Shown here piece after piece: positions 25,001 to 36,602 of a stretch of DNA of 64,000 nt (its first letter is position 1; every line of letters begins with the position of its first letter). Origin of the DNA: Glaucostegus cemiculus. Lineage: Eukaryota. Under the pieces are notes generated by a model. The model was not told where the DNA came from and searched no databases. It saw only the letters and a list, made by a program, of their open reading frames with translations. Both the position numbers and the translations under genes were made by a program. The DNA lies in assembly GCA_976551045.1 (NCBI GenBank), contig CDPCPM010000021.1:1736001-1800000 (forward strand), read 5' to 3'.

Positions 25001-26857
25001 TTTGCAACATTATCTTGCCAGAGGCCAAAGTTTCAGTCTTAACCTTTTCCAGACAAGTCATCAGAAACACTTCAGATTTACACCTGGTCTATTGTATTTT
25101 TCCAACAAAGAAAGATAATACAACAGAATCAGAATTTCAAGGAGAATATTTTTTTATGGGAATGAAAAATGTCACCCAAAAATCTGCCACCTTCAAATGC
25201 TAACTAAGCCTCCTGATCAGAGTACCAAATGTTCATCGATAATGGGAGTGGAAATACAGGAAAAATTCATAAAAGCATGCAACACAGTACCTCAGAACAC
25301 TTGTTTACATTCCAATTTCTGGCTCTTGTTCTGATGTGTAATGGAACATTTTTGGTTTGCTTGCATGGAGGCAGTCACACCTTGAAAATTAGAAGACTAT
25401 ATAAAAGAGGACCTTTCATTCTCTCAGTAATAGGCTCTGGGAGGTGGAAGAATTGATTGTGGGCAATCAAACCAAATTTGCAATTGGTGGTCTGTTTCAA
25501 ACTCTGTTTGATTCTTTCCTTTTTAAGTCCATAGAACAGAACAGATAGTGGGGATGAACAGTTAATGGAGTACAGGGGATTGCCATTTTGTTTTGGGATT
25601 ACTACACAAAAAAGATTGCATTCCTACTGATTTCCCAGTATATGTTTGAAAGCTGTTGCCTTTGGTGAGTGTTCATTGGTTCCATTGTAATATTTAAATA
25701 GCAGATGACCAATTCCATCTTCATCCCTACCTAGCCAAATAATAGCTTTGTTCTGAAATAGATCCTAGCAACTCATAATAGCTTTTGTATAATGTGTGCC
25801 TGAGCATGTTTTCAGTTTTGGGGTGAAATTAGATTTGGATGTGGACACACAGGCAGTATTACCTTGTCTGTTGATATACCTTGCCCAATCCATTGTGTTA
25901 TCTAATGGAAGCGAATGTTGCGTCTGTTCTATCATAAATGACAAAATGATTCCATGTCATTATTCAAGTCCAATGTCACCTCTGCTATAATTAACATGGA
26001 ACAATTAACACACTTTGCCATATTCAAGTAGAGAAATGACACATGGGGCTCCCCTGCTGGCTGACTATTAATTCCTGGATGAAAATAGTGCATAGCCCTT
26101 GGTGCAAGTGGAGCCTGTTTCTATTGTGAGTCACAGATGTGGTGAGACTATTTTCCCCATAAGGGAATAAGCTTGTTCTAACTTGATCTTATCTGTGAGC
26201 ATCAGACTCGGAATCACAGTGGCATGGCAATGCTGTTGGCTGGGAAGAGGGAGCTGGAAAGGTCCTCTCCCTACTATTCTTCTTGAACCAGACTAAATGA
26301 TTCAAGGATATAAATCCTTGGAATTTGTGTGTATGGAGGGGGAGGGGTGGGATTCCTAGTCTCCTGCCGTACCTTTGGCAAGAGACTGAGAAAATCTCAG
26401 AGCAAGATGTTTCGATTGAAGGACTAAAGAAAGGAAAGAAACTTTGGGAAGCAAATTGATTGCATCTTAAATTCACAATCATTAAAGATATAAACCTATT
26501 TTTACCATGTTCTTAATTTTATTATTTGGATAGATGAACATGAAATAAATATGATTTTGGACATTTAATTGGGTGTTAACATTTTTGCACTGTACCATCA
26601 AGCACCCATTTTCATTTCCCTTTGTCCTCCTATTCATTTTTCTCTGCTTACAGCTTACATTCGGTTGATCATCAAGGAACATTGCAAACACATGAGAAAT
26701 GAAAAGTAAGCCAGCTGGTTTGCCTCATTTGGGCATATAAATGAAACTCAGAGTTTCTGGGCTAACCTACTTTGCCATCACCAGGTACAGGTTAATTGTA
26801 CATCACAAACTCAGCACCCTATCCAAGTTAGCCTTTCTATTCTCTCCATGTTACACT

Positions 26858-27225
26858 TCTGAGGGGAGACCTGATAGAAGTTTATAAAATTATGAGAGAC
26901 ATAGGAAAGGTAGATAGTCAGAGTCTTTTTGCCAAATACTTGAAACCATGCATTTAAGGTGAGGGGGGAAAGTTTAAAGGAGATGTGCAGGGCAAGTTGC
27001 TTTTTTTACACAGAGGGTGGTAGGTGCCTAGAATGGGCTGCCAGGGCTAGTGGTGGAAGCAGATACGATAGTGGTGTTTTAGAGGCTGTAAGAAAAATGT
27101 GAACGTGCTGGGAACAGAGGGATATGGATCATGAACAGGTAGAAGAGATTTAGTTTAATTCAGCATCGTGTTTGGCACAGACATTGTGGGCCAAAGGGCC
27201 TGTTCATGTGCTTTGCATATTTGAT
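26858..27225 (+). mobile_element. CR1 LINE 3' end
   Basis: LRGDLIEVYKIMR and FFTQRVVGA*NGLP remnants followed by the GGGCCAAAGGGCCTGTT tail. Confidence 0.9.
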
Positions 27226-27539
27226 ATTCTTCCCATAATCTGGGAAGGAGCAATTGGCATATTTGTCTGGCATGATGTTTCTGAACTGTGATGCTGAAAT
27301 TCAAGGTTTTTCCAACCTAAAGCAGTGGAATCTATATGGGACTCTTGGAATGATCAATTCCTGGAATGCATTGTGAGGAATGTTTGTGTCATGCAGAAAC
27401 TATGTTAAACCAATTTTTCTGTATGCCTGACAAAAAGTTGGGAATAGATCATTGGGTTAATTAGTTCTCAGTGTATTCATGTCCAACCTGACAGTTTGCA
27501 CTTATATACCATCTTGTGTCAGAGCGTAAACGACCACAA

Positions 27540-27720
27540 AATGAATTTTTGTGTGCAATCAGACATAGTTTGGCATCAAGGAAATTTAGCACAGGTGACC
27601 AAAAACGTGAATAGAGATCAGTTTGAAGGAAGGCCTGGAAGGAAAAGTAGGCTATAAGGACTCGCGATTAATAGACGGTATTCTAGGGGTTGGGATCTAA
27701 ACAGTTAAAGGTGAGGTGAA
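27540..27720 (-). mobile_element. L2-like LINE 3' fragment, diverged
   Basis: AAGGAAATTTAGCACAGGTGACCAAAAAC...GAGATCAGTTTGAAGGAAGGCCTGGAAGG resembles antisense L2 tails as recalled. Confidence 0.4.
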
Positions 27721-28141
27721 GAAAATGGTTAATGGTTCTGGCTGGACAAGTCTCTCCCCCAACCATTAGCCTTAGAGTGGAAAGGGATTAAGAACCAAAA
27801 AGACTGTGTGTGTGTTGTGAACAATGCAGGAAGAAGAGCAAAACAATTTTCAATCACTTGTGAGACTAATGTGCAACGTGACATTGGGACAAAGAAGGGC
27901 TTTATCATGTTTATTTTCCATTAACTTAATGATTATTTTACATAAACAACAACTTTTGCAGAGGAATGGAAGATTGCAGAACATCATACTGTACTTCAAT
28001 GAAATTCATTTTGAAATTCAGGTTTAATGAGGGCAACTTTGGTAAAAAGCTGTGAAGTAGGACATTTCTTTGTTTTTCATGCAATGTAAAAAAATATATT
28101 CAAAGGCCTTTTGAACCAGGTGAGGATTCTTTGCTGACTCC

Positions 28142-28579
28142 AAGTAAAGATGCGTATTCAGTTTCATATGACAGAAGAGCTTGTATAATTTACATTCCTT
28201 TGGTTTTCTGATGGTCTTGATGTCTCTGCTTTCAAAACTTGATGCACATCTACTGGTCTACCACCCATCTCAACCAAGATTGTGATTTTCCTCCCTCCCC
28301 CCATTCCCTCCAAATTTCCAGTATATCAGATTGACATGCATCTGAACCTAAGTCAACAGCAGGAATGCAGGGGAAGGCTGATGCCTCCAACCCTAAATCC
28401 TGCAAGTCCATCATCTCTGCTGATTTCCATGGGGTCAATGTTGAGCAAGCGGCTATAAGGGCTTGCAAAAGTAAGCATCTGTATTCAGTTTCAGATAATA
28501 GAAGAACTTGTTTAATTTACATTCCTTTGGTTTTGTGATGGTCCTGTATCTCTGCTCTCAAAAAGCTAAAGTCCATTTA
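28142..28579 (+). repeat. Two ~110-bp direct repeats (28142-28251 and 28469-28579) flanking ~220 bp of unique sequence
   Basis: Identical 22-nt core TAATTTACATTCCTTTGGTTTT with alignable flanks (GTATTCAGTTTCA; TGATGGTC; TCTCTGCT); offset about 327 bp. Confidence 0.9.
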
Positions 28580-29384
28580 TGTTGCGTTGAGACTGAAAGT
28601 GGTGTTCTTCCATGAAAAACCTGGACGAAGTAGTTTTTTCCCCGTGGCACAAGGAAATGAGTTACCTTGGGAGTTCTCTTTGGAACTCCATTGCAGAACT
28701 TTTGGGAGCCCTGATGTCTGCAAGGTTCTGCCGCCAAAGTTATCACGGCCCAGAGAGAGAGGACTTGTGCGGATAAAGTCCTGGAAGGAAATGCACAAAA
28801 GGGTCTAATTGCTTCTTGAATGCATATGCACCATTTGTTTCAACGGCCTTCTGTGATTAATTTATTCCCACAACATTGCGTGTCACAAGCAATTCTGCCC
28901 GAGTTGCCTGTTTATTTTCAACTGTGCCCCTGGGATCAGAACTTCTCATCATCCTGAACCATTACACCATCTCTATCATCTTTATGTTCTTACAGCTTTT
29001 ACAAACTTCACTGGTTTGCTAGTAATTTCAGCAATGGCATCACAAATGGTGTTCCTAATACTGGCACCTAACACTACAACTACGATTCATTGCTCTGGCT
29101 CCAACATCACTTTGGCAGTCTTTTGACAGAAATCAATCATTAAGTTTAGTTAGGAAAGTTTCACACTTGATGGAAATAAGATGCGCAAGATCATTAGTCG
29201 TTTGGTTGCTGATTATTGAGGAAGTTTACATTGCCCAGCAGGCTTATTACAAACTCGAGAGATAAAACTAATTTAATTAAGCTCCCAAATAAGCAAACAC
29301 ATCCTCAGTCAGTGTACAATGGCTGGGAAAGGGAGATGGAAACATTAAACTTGCATTTGCTTTTTGCACAGGGACAAGCCCTTA

Positions 29385-29548
29385 CAAAATAGCTGGAATG
29401 GTATGTCTCAGACTGTGCATAGAATCAATGTTCTTTGAATGTGAATGTTTGGGAATAAATAAGGTGGGGATGGAGTAAGGGGCACAAAAATGCCTGTGCA
29501 GATATATTGGGCCAAAGGTCTGCTTCTGCATTCTAAATACTATAACAC
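29385..29548 (+). mobile_element. CR1-type 3' tail fragment, diverged
   Basis: CTGGAATGG...GCAGATATATTGGGCCAAAGGTCTGCTTCTGCATTCTAAATACTATAAC. Confidence 0.5.
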
Positions 29549-32319
29549 TGGTATTTGGAGGGGATTGGTTAGATAAGACAAAAGGGACTGCTGCAGAATA
29601 AAAGAGAAGGCAGCCATGATACTGATGAGAGGTGATGTAATCACTGCTTTATCCCATGGGAGAACTCAAGGAACAAAAGGTTTGAGTCTGCGAAGGATCA
29701 GCTGCGGCAGCAGTGCTCCCCCAGTGGCCAGGAGGCAATGCTGCATGGGACATTTTTGGATAGCTCAAGTTAAGCCCAGCCAGCAATTCTCCCAGTGAAA
29801 TGAGACGATCTCTTTGCAGAGTGCCAGTAGCACAGTAGTTAGGCATTTGATTCACGCATGTAGTGCTTGGTTTCTGTTCATGGAAACAGTCCAACTGTGT
29901 GCATGTATGAGCAGTGTTGCCAGATCGCTCGACTGTTACACCAGGGCCTTCCCAGTTAGTTTTCAGATAGATAACAAAGAAGAAATTGCAAGCTTCTGCT
30001 TCAAACTTTAGCCTGCTGCTTGATTCTGTTAGATATTTCATGAAATTGCATTAGTCATGAATGAAATTATTCACTCATTCTTATAACTCTCTGCGCAGAG
30101 GAGAGGCTCAAAAAAGATTAAAAGTGTTAGGACAATGCGAGTTCCAAAAAGCTGTCACTCGTGTTGAGAATCTCTCAGTTCAGCTGTGACATAAAATTTA
30201 TATTTTGTAGGTGAGTTGTGGCTTGTCGCGATGGAATGCAAATCATACTTCGCAGTTTGCATTTGCTTCACCAAGAAATACTTCAACATTACTCAAGGCT
30301 TTGAAGGGAATGTTATGATGTAACTACCAGTCAATTGGCAGAAGTAGCCAACTTGAAGAATGATGATCGCCCTGAATTATTGTAATTGCCCTTCAGCTAG
30401 TTTTATCCTCTAATACTTGCCTGTTTTTTGTTTAAATGTCTGCTTGGTAAAGCAACTGATATGCAGTCTTATACCCCACCATTAGATATCATAACCTTGC
30501 TTCAGCAGCTGAATGTGAAACTTAATCGCACACCCTTTCTGACAACAAGTAGCCGTTTAGCAAGAAGAAACTCTTTTTATTTGCTCTGTGGTTGGATGGT
30601 TGGTATCCTGAGTTCACACATAGATCACCAATGTCAAGGCATTTCTGTTTCTAGATTAAGTACAATAACCTAGAATTTACCCATTTTGATGCACTAAATG
30701 GACAGAGTGTTTGCCCCAACATCATATTGGGCAACACCAAAAGAAATCGGGGCATCTTCACCAAGAAATCGCTCTCATGGTTTTTCCTCATTAATAAGCT
30801 TCAGAAGCCTCCTTGTGCAGTTGGAGATGGCGGTTGCTGCTTGTGCTTGCAGCAGCTGAATCGTGTGAGGGGGTCAGCGTTGTTGAAGAGTTCCCTCCAT
30901 GGCAACCATGCAACATAGAGATGAGGGAAACCAGGTGGTGGCGGGGGGCGCGGGTTCGCAGGAAACTAAAGGAGGATGGAATCAGGACGTAGAGATGGAT
31001 TATATGGTATAGTATGCAATGGGGCATTCCTGGTCATAAGCAGCATAATAGTGCTTGGGCCTTAATCAAGTCCTGAGCTGCAATCAGCTCAGTGCCACAG
31101 TGGTAGCCAGGGCCAAAGGTTGCAGCATCCAGTGTGCACAATGCTCTGATATGTACTAGTGCTCCCTTTCTGTGAAAGGGTAGCACTTGGAAATCAATGT
31201 TAGGTAGTCAATGAAGATAATAACAATGTCCCAGGGGAGACCTTTTAAGTCATGCATGATTCTTTACTTTCTGCATGGTTTACTCCGTTATGCTCTGAGT
31301 GAGCAGCGAAGGTCGTAGGTTTCGACCTTCTGATCCAGTCTCCATTGGTGAGTTGGAAACATGTGGTATGCATGCTGATGACCTTATTGCATCCACCGAA
31401 TAAGATGGGGAAGTGGCATCTGCATGGATGTGAATTGTGGCTCAATGCTTCTGCCAAATTTCCTCTTGGGCAGGACCTCCACCAGAAGTGGCGCACACTT
31501 CAAAATGTCCACATTGCCTGATTTATGCATTTTAAAAAGGCACACTTTGTTTTTCTTCCTAATCAAGTTTCTAGGCTTCCATCCATCCTGTTCTGAGGGT
31601 CTCTCACCTTTGATCACAGATGTGCACTGCTGCTGAACAAAATTTGGTGTCCCATTTCCAGTTCATCTGAATGATAACTTGTCCTTGTGCAAAATTAGAG
31701 ACATCTTTGCGTTCTAGAATTGTGGCCACCAGAAATGCTTGAGACTGGCCAAGCCACGATCTATCTGGACTGTTATAACAGGACAAAAGAGGAATCAGTT
31801 AATCTTTCCATCTGGATGCATTTAAATGCAGGCAGTATAGGTAAAATCCCATCATTAATCCATCCCAGCATCTAATTCCCTGAAATGATTTTGTTGAAGG
31901 ACTTCATTGAATGGTATTTAGGTGTGCACTTATCTGGAGTGTAAATGACATTTATCCAGATGAGCTACCTGAACAGACTCAAAATATAACAATCCTAAAA
32001 ATAAACCCAGAGATTCATATAGTTTCAGAAATACACACTTGTAACAGTAGACAAAGATAACTGATACAAATTCATCAATGTATTTATCTGCCTATGCTGC
32101 CTGGTACAGTTTCACCAGCTATTTTTCTGGAATGGAGTCTGAGCTTACAGTACACAGGATGTCACTGAGTCCAGTCCACATGGAGCTAACCACCTTAAAA
32201 TCATTTTCTGACTCTTTTCCCCAAATTCCAAATGTTTTGCAAATTTATTGAATTGCTCAAATGCTATTTATACAAGTTGTCATTATCAGCATTAATTGTG
32301 GTGACGTTATCACTTCTGA

Positions 32320-32625
32320 GTTGGTAAGTTCCAGGTCAGATTCCATTACAGGTGAGTAAGCACCAAGGTCATGGCTGCCTCTCCAATGCAGTATTGAGGG
32401 AGTTACCCCAGTGTCCTGGGCAATATTTATTCCCCACTCTACATTACTGAAAGCACAGACTATATGATCATTATCTAATTCTTCCTGTGAAAACTTGCTG
32501 TGCATAAATTGGCTGTTCATTTGCAGCACTGCAAACAATGACTACAGTTCGCAAATACTTCATTGGATATAAAATGAAGTCCCGATGGGAATGCAGAAAG
32601 CATAAAATAAATACACACCTTTCCT
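32320..32625 (+). mobile_element. DeuSINE/SacSINE1-like SINE
   Basis: CAGTGTCCTGGGCAATATTTATTCCCCA...AACTTGCTGTGCATAAATTGGCTG...TACTTCATTGG. Confidence 0.75.
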
Positions 32626-34185
32626 TTTGGATTTCTTGCATCAATTGCATTCTACATTATAATTAAAATATTTTTATGGTGCCTATATTAAATATCAATC
32701 CTGCCTTTAAATTCCAGTTTTTATAATCACTCAGTATTGAAATCATTAACTCCTGTAAACAGTCTTCCAATACTCATTGTCTTCAGTGTTTCAATTACAT
32801 TAGCCCTTAATCTTCACAGTTGCCATAAAAGCAACATTAACTGCAGCAGAGGAATTGATCATTTCTGCACTTAAATTCTGTACTGCTCCTCATAAGTTTT
32901 ACCTCTCACAAGAAAAGGCAATCAATTCCTCTTAAGAGACAGCAAGAAACATGGTGTCAGAGGCATAATCCAGTCTCTGAAACCTTTCATATGAGAGGAG
33001 CCATAATCCTTGGTGTCAGCAGCAGTGCACACAGGCAAACAGATTTTAATTTGACTGCCATACAGATTTTTTGCAGGAGTTTCTCGTGATTCAAGCATTG
33101 ATAGTACTCAACGCAATTGGTGACAGTGTAATTGGCTCACTGAGTCACTGTGCACATCCACATTTAGAATAACACCAGATCTTGAAAGAGATTCTACTAG
33201 CTGGTAATACTCAGAAAAAAATCTATATCTTGACTAAATTACATATCAGCAAATAGGGAAAAGAAGTGATACATTATCTTGAACCACTTCTAAAGGAAGA
33301 AACAAGGTCATAGTAGATTTAAATAATTGAGCAAAGACACAGCAAGATTGATCCTGAGTGCAACCTGGTTTCAGTGGAATCTCCTGTAACTGACTAATTG
33401 TGAGGTTTTAAGTGCAATTGACCTCTTGTCTAGACTGTAAATGCGTCCACTCCTTTCAAACGCCCATATATTTAGGCAACTCTAAAATTGTCCTGAGAGC
33501 TGTTTGAAGTAAAGGTGGATTTATCAGGCATCCACAATTTTTACGGGGGTTGAGCTGTAAAATTCCTTTGTTAAAACATTCCGTTTCAGCCATTGTTGGA
33601 ATTATTTTCATTACCAAGTAATCATTTCTTTTAAACAATTTTGGGGCTATCCGTTGTTTTTGTAAGTTACCCAGCCGTGCAACTACCTCCTAAATCAAAA
33701 CTAGCGAATACAGAATGGCCAGTACCATCACACAGATTACATTGCATCTCTAGTCTCTAGCCTATCTTCGATAATAGAGAGCATTGCAAATGGAACTCCC
33801 ATTGTGAGGCTGTAAATTGTGTGGATTTATTTGATTTAATTCCACTCATAAATATATGATTTTAATCTGTTCACATCTCTGTGACTAGATTTGGGTTATC
33901 TGAATCCTGTAACTGCCTTAATGCATTCCAGGAAGTCGGACATGACAGAGTTGGAAACTAAAACCAACAAAAGTTTAATGTCATTATCTAAAAATGGATC
34001 AGCTAAGGGGGTCTAGGAGTATCAAAAGCAACAGCCCACAGACACATGAAACTTCCGTGAGTCTCCATTTTCAGTTAGCTGCAATCCCACACCTTGTAAA
34101 TGACTCTGGACTGTAGACAGTCGGTGTTTGATGCTGTCGGCTGCAGCTGAGCCCCTTGTTGCTGTTTTTTTTCATTTTTCCGCAG

Positions 34186-35330
34186 ACACAGTGTCTCTGG
34201 TTTGCTTGAAGTGTCTCAGGAGGGGTTCCCGTGCAGAGCCAGCACACCCCCTGAGGTCACACAGTTTGGCTCGGCTGTCAGCCCCATCACCTGAGTGCTG
34301 TCACACTTCCAGAGGTGCATGGAGGTCTCTGGGAACAGACACAAGTAGAAGAGTCTTCAGAGAACACATCTGCTGTTCCTTCTGCTGTCTGTGCCTTTAC
34401 GAAAATGAGTCACTGCTGGCTTACTTCAGTAATTTATCATTACAGACACATCTTGCATGCACCTCAAGCAGCGTTGTAACTTCAAACACAGTTGGATGAG
34501 TTATTAGGGCCATTGTTCTGTGTCTCCAGTTATGAAACATAAAGAGTCAGTTTTACTCCTACACAATAGTTAGGCGGCTGTTGCGAATGAGCAAGTTTGT
34601 TTCTTGCTCAGATCCTGACTGTTGGCAATTGTTACCTGTAGCTTTGTGCAGGCAGATGAAGCTCCTGGCAAAAGTAGGCCATGCAAATTTGGGTGCCTTC
34701 GTGTCTGAGGATATCTGGTGTCATTTTGACTGGAACTGGACCAGTAAAGCCAGCATGGCTTTTAGTTGCTGCATAGGAGCTGACCTCAATAAAACAGATC
34801 TGCTTTTCTGGTGAGACCAGACCTTTCCACCTGGCTGAACTGGGGTGGTGTGGCCTCCTTTGGCCCCCGACTTTATCCTGCTCCTTTCACAAGCTCAACC
34901 ACTTACCTGGAACCCCTTGAAGCTAAGGCTGTCTGTGGAAAAGAGGGACACGGTATTTCAATGAGACCAGGTGGTTAAAATCTCTGCGGCTTCCTGCTTC
35001 CTCTGCCTTGCAGGCAATCAACTTGCCAATGCGGTACCTTGAGGAACCCTACCTTGAGTTAAAATCCATCAGGTCAACATGCATTTGAGAAGTTGGCAAT
35101 TCCATATTGACGAGCAGCAATGGCTGGTTCACAGCCTCTGGCCGCATCACCGTCACGTACACAGCAGGACCTTTGCTGATTGGGTCCAGGATACTGTAGG
35201 ATTGTGGGTTTCAACTTTGTTTGGTACATTCCATAATGATTGTACCATTGAATAGCTGTTTTAAATGTAAAGGAGAATATGCTAAATAAGGAAGCACTGC
35301 AAAATAAATGTGAAACTGATGCACTCTAGA
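34186..35330 (+). other. Candidate terminal exon (strong acceptor, UTR-like body, AATAAA at 34788 and 35303)
   Basis: TGTTTTTTTTCATTTTTCCGCAG| acceptor; GC-richer, repeat-free sequence follows; the second AATAAA is followed by a GT/T-rich tract. The right boundary is a guess. Confidence 0.35.
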
Positions 35331-36280
35331 TTTGCTTGCTCTGTGTATTTCTTGCAAGGATAACATTATTGAATGGGGTGTCATCATTTTCTGTCAGATT
35401 AATTGCAGATAAACTAATGGTGTAAAAACTGAAAGATGCTAATCACCAAATGGTGATCTCTCCACTAAGTTTCCTGATATTTTGCTTTTCAGAGATCCGA
35501 GGCAAGGATAGGCTGTGCATGGGTGGTAGAACGACCTGAAGTTAACCTTGGCGACTGAAAAAGAATAGCTGAAAAAGGTAATTTTTTTTCCTAATACAAT
35601 TCTTTCCTTTTCAGTATTGGTTGACTTTCCAGAGTAAATCAAGTAAAGATCTGAGCTGACTGTTTTGGTTCCTGTCGTAAATCTTTTTAAGATTAATGTT
35701 TTTGTTTTTATCCTCACCTCTTTGATACAGCGCTGGCAGGGAAAGTAATCACACTCTGTAAATTGAAAAAGAAGTGAACTGAGTACTTTAAGGGTGTAAA
35801 ACGGAGATTATAGACTTCTCCACTCTGCTCCCACTTTAACATTGTCTCTGCCAGATCATTGCACTAAGCCTACATGCGACAAAATGGTTCGAGCAGGAAG
35901 AGGGAAATGGTGTATCAAATAAATTGATTTTTCAGGAGCTGGTTGAAGGCAGTGAAGAGGTGCTGTGGGCATTGAATGAGAGAGCAAGGGGGAAAAGGGA
36001 GAGCGTACAGGAGGAATAGTAAAAGGATGAGAAACTTACAAATTTTAAGGAGATCAGCAGTGAAAAGGAAACAAATCTCTCCACTAATAAGGACAGCCAC
36101 GGGATTATCCCCTCTTGGGATCATGTTACCCATTCCATCCACAAGACAGAACAGGCATTCAGGAGGTGAAGAACATAAAGGGAAATTGGAATGTGTGAAA
36201 ATCGTCAGTTTATATATTGTTTAATCCAATGCAGAGCGAATTATTCTAAAAATATTACAGTTCCTTAGATGTACTTTACC

Positions 36281-36602
36281 ATGAGGGGCATAGGTAAGGT
36301 CGATGTACAGTCTTTTTATCAGGGCTGGGGAATCAAGAACTAGAGGACATAGGTTTAGGGTGAGGGGTGAGAGGTTTAATAAGAACCTGAGGGGCAACTT
36401 TTTCACCCAGAGGATGGTCAGTATACGGAAGGAGCTACCAGAGGAAGTCTTTGAGGCAGGTACATTAGCAACATTTAAAAGGCACTTGGACAGGTACATG
36501 GATAGGAAAGGTTCAGAGGGGTCTGGGCCGAATATAAGCTGATGGGATGAGAGATGTGAATCTTGGTTGGCATGGACCATTTGGGCTAAAGGGCCTGATT
36601 CT
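36281..36602 (+). mobile_element. CR1 LINE 3' end, well preserved
   Basis: ORF 36303-36542 reads ESRTRGHRFRVRGERFNKNLRGNFFTQRMVSIRKELPEEVFEAGTLATFKRHLDRYMD, the typical CR1 ORF2 C-terminus. Confidence 0.93.

Noticed and set aside
26616-26637. TTCCCTTTGTCCTCCTATTC resembles miR-204/211
   Set aside because: It has mismatches to the mature sequence and no complementary 3p arm, so no hairpin can form.
29436-29448. Tandem miR-181 seed matches (TGAATGT) suggesting auto-regulation
   Set aside because: They lie in a decayed LINE tail in presumed intron, and a handful of such 7-mers is expected by chance in 64 kb of AT-rich DNA.
34128-34499. 123-aa ORF with WRSLGTDTSRR, faintly like the MN1 C-terminus
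   Set aside because: The similarity covers only a few residues, and the highly conserved MN1 terminal motif is absent.
36303-36542. ORF that looks like a real protein
   Set aside because: It is the C-terminus of CR1 LINE ORF2 in a 5'-truncated copy, not a host gene.
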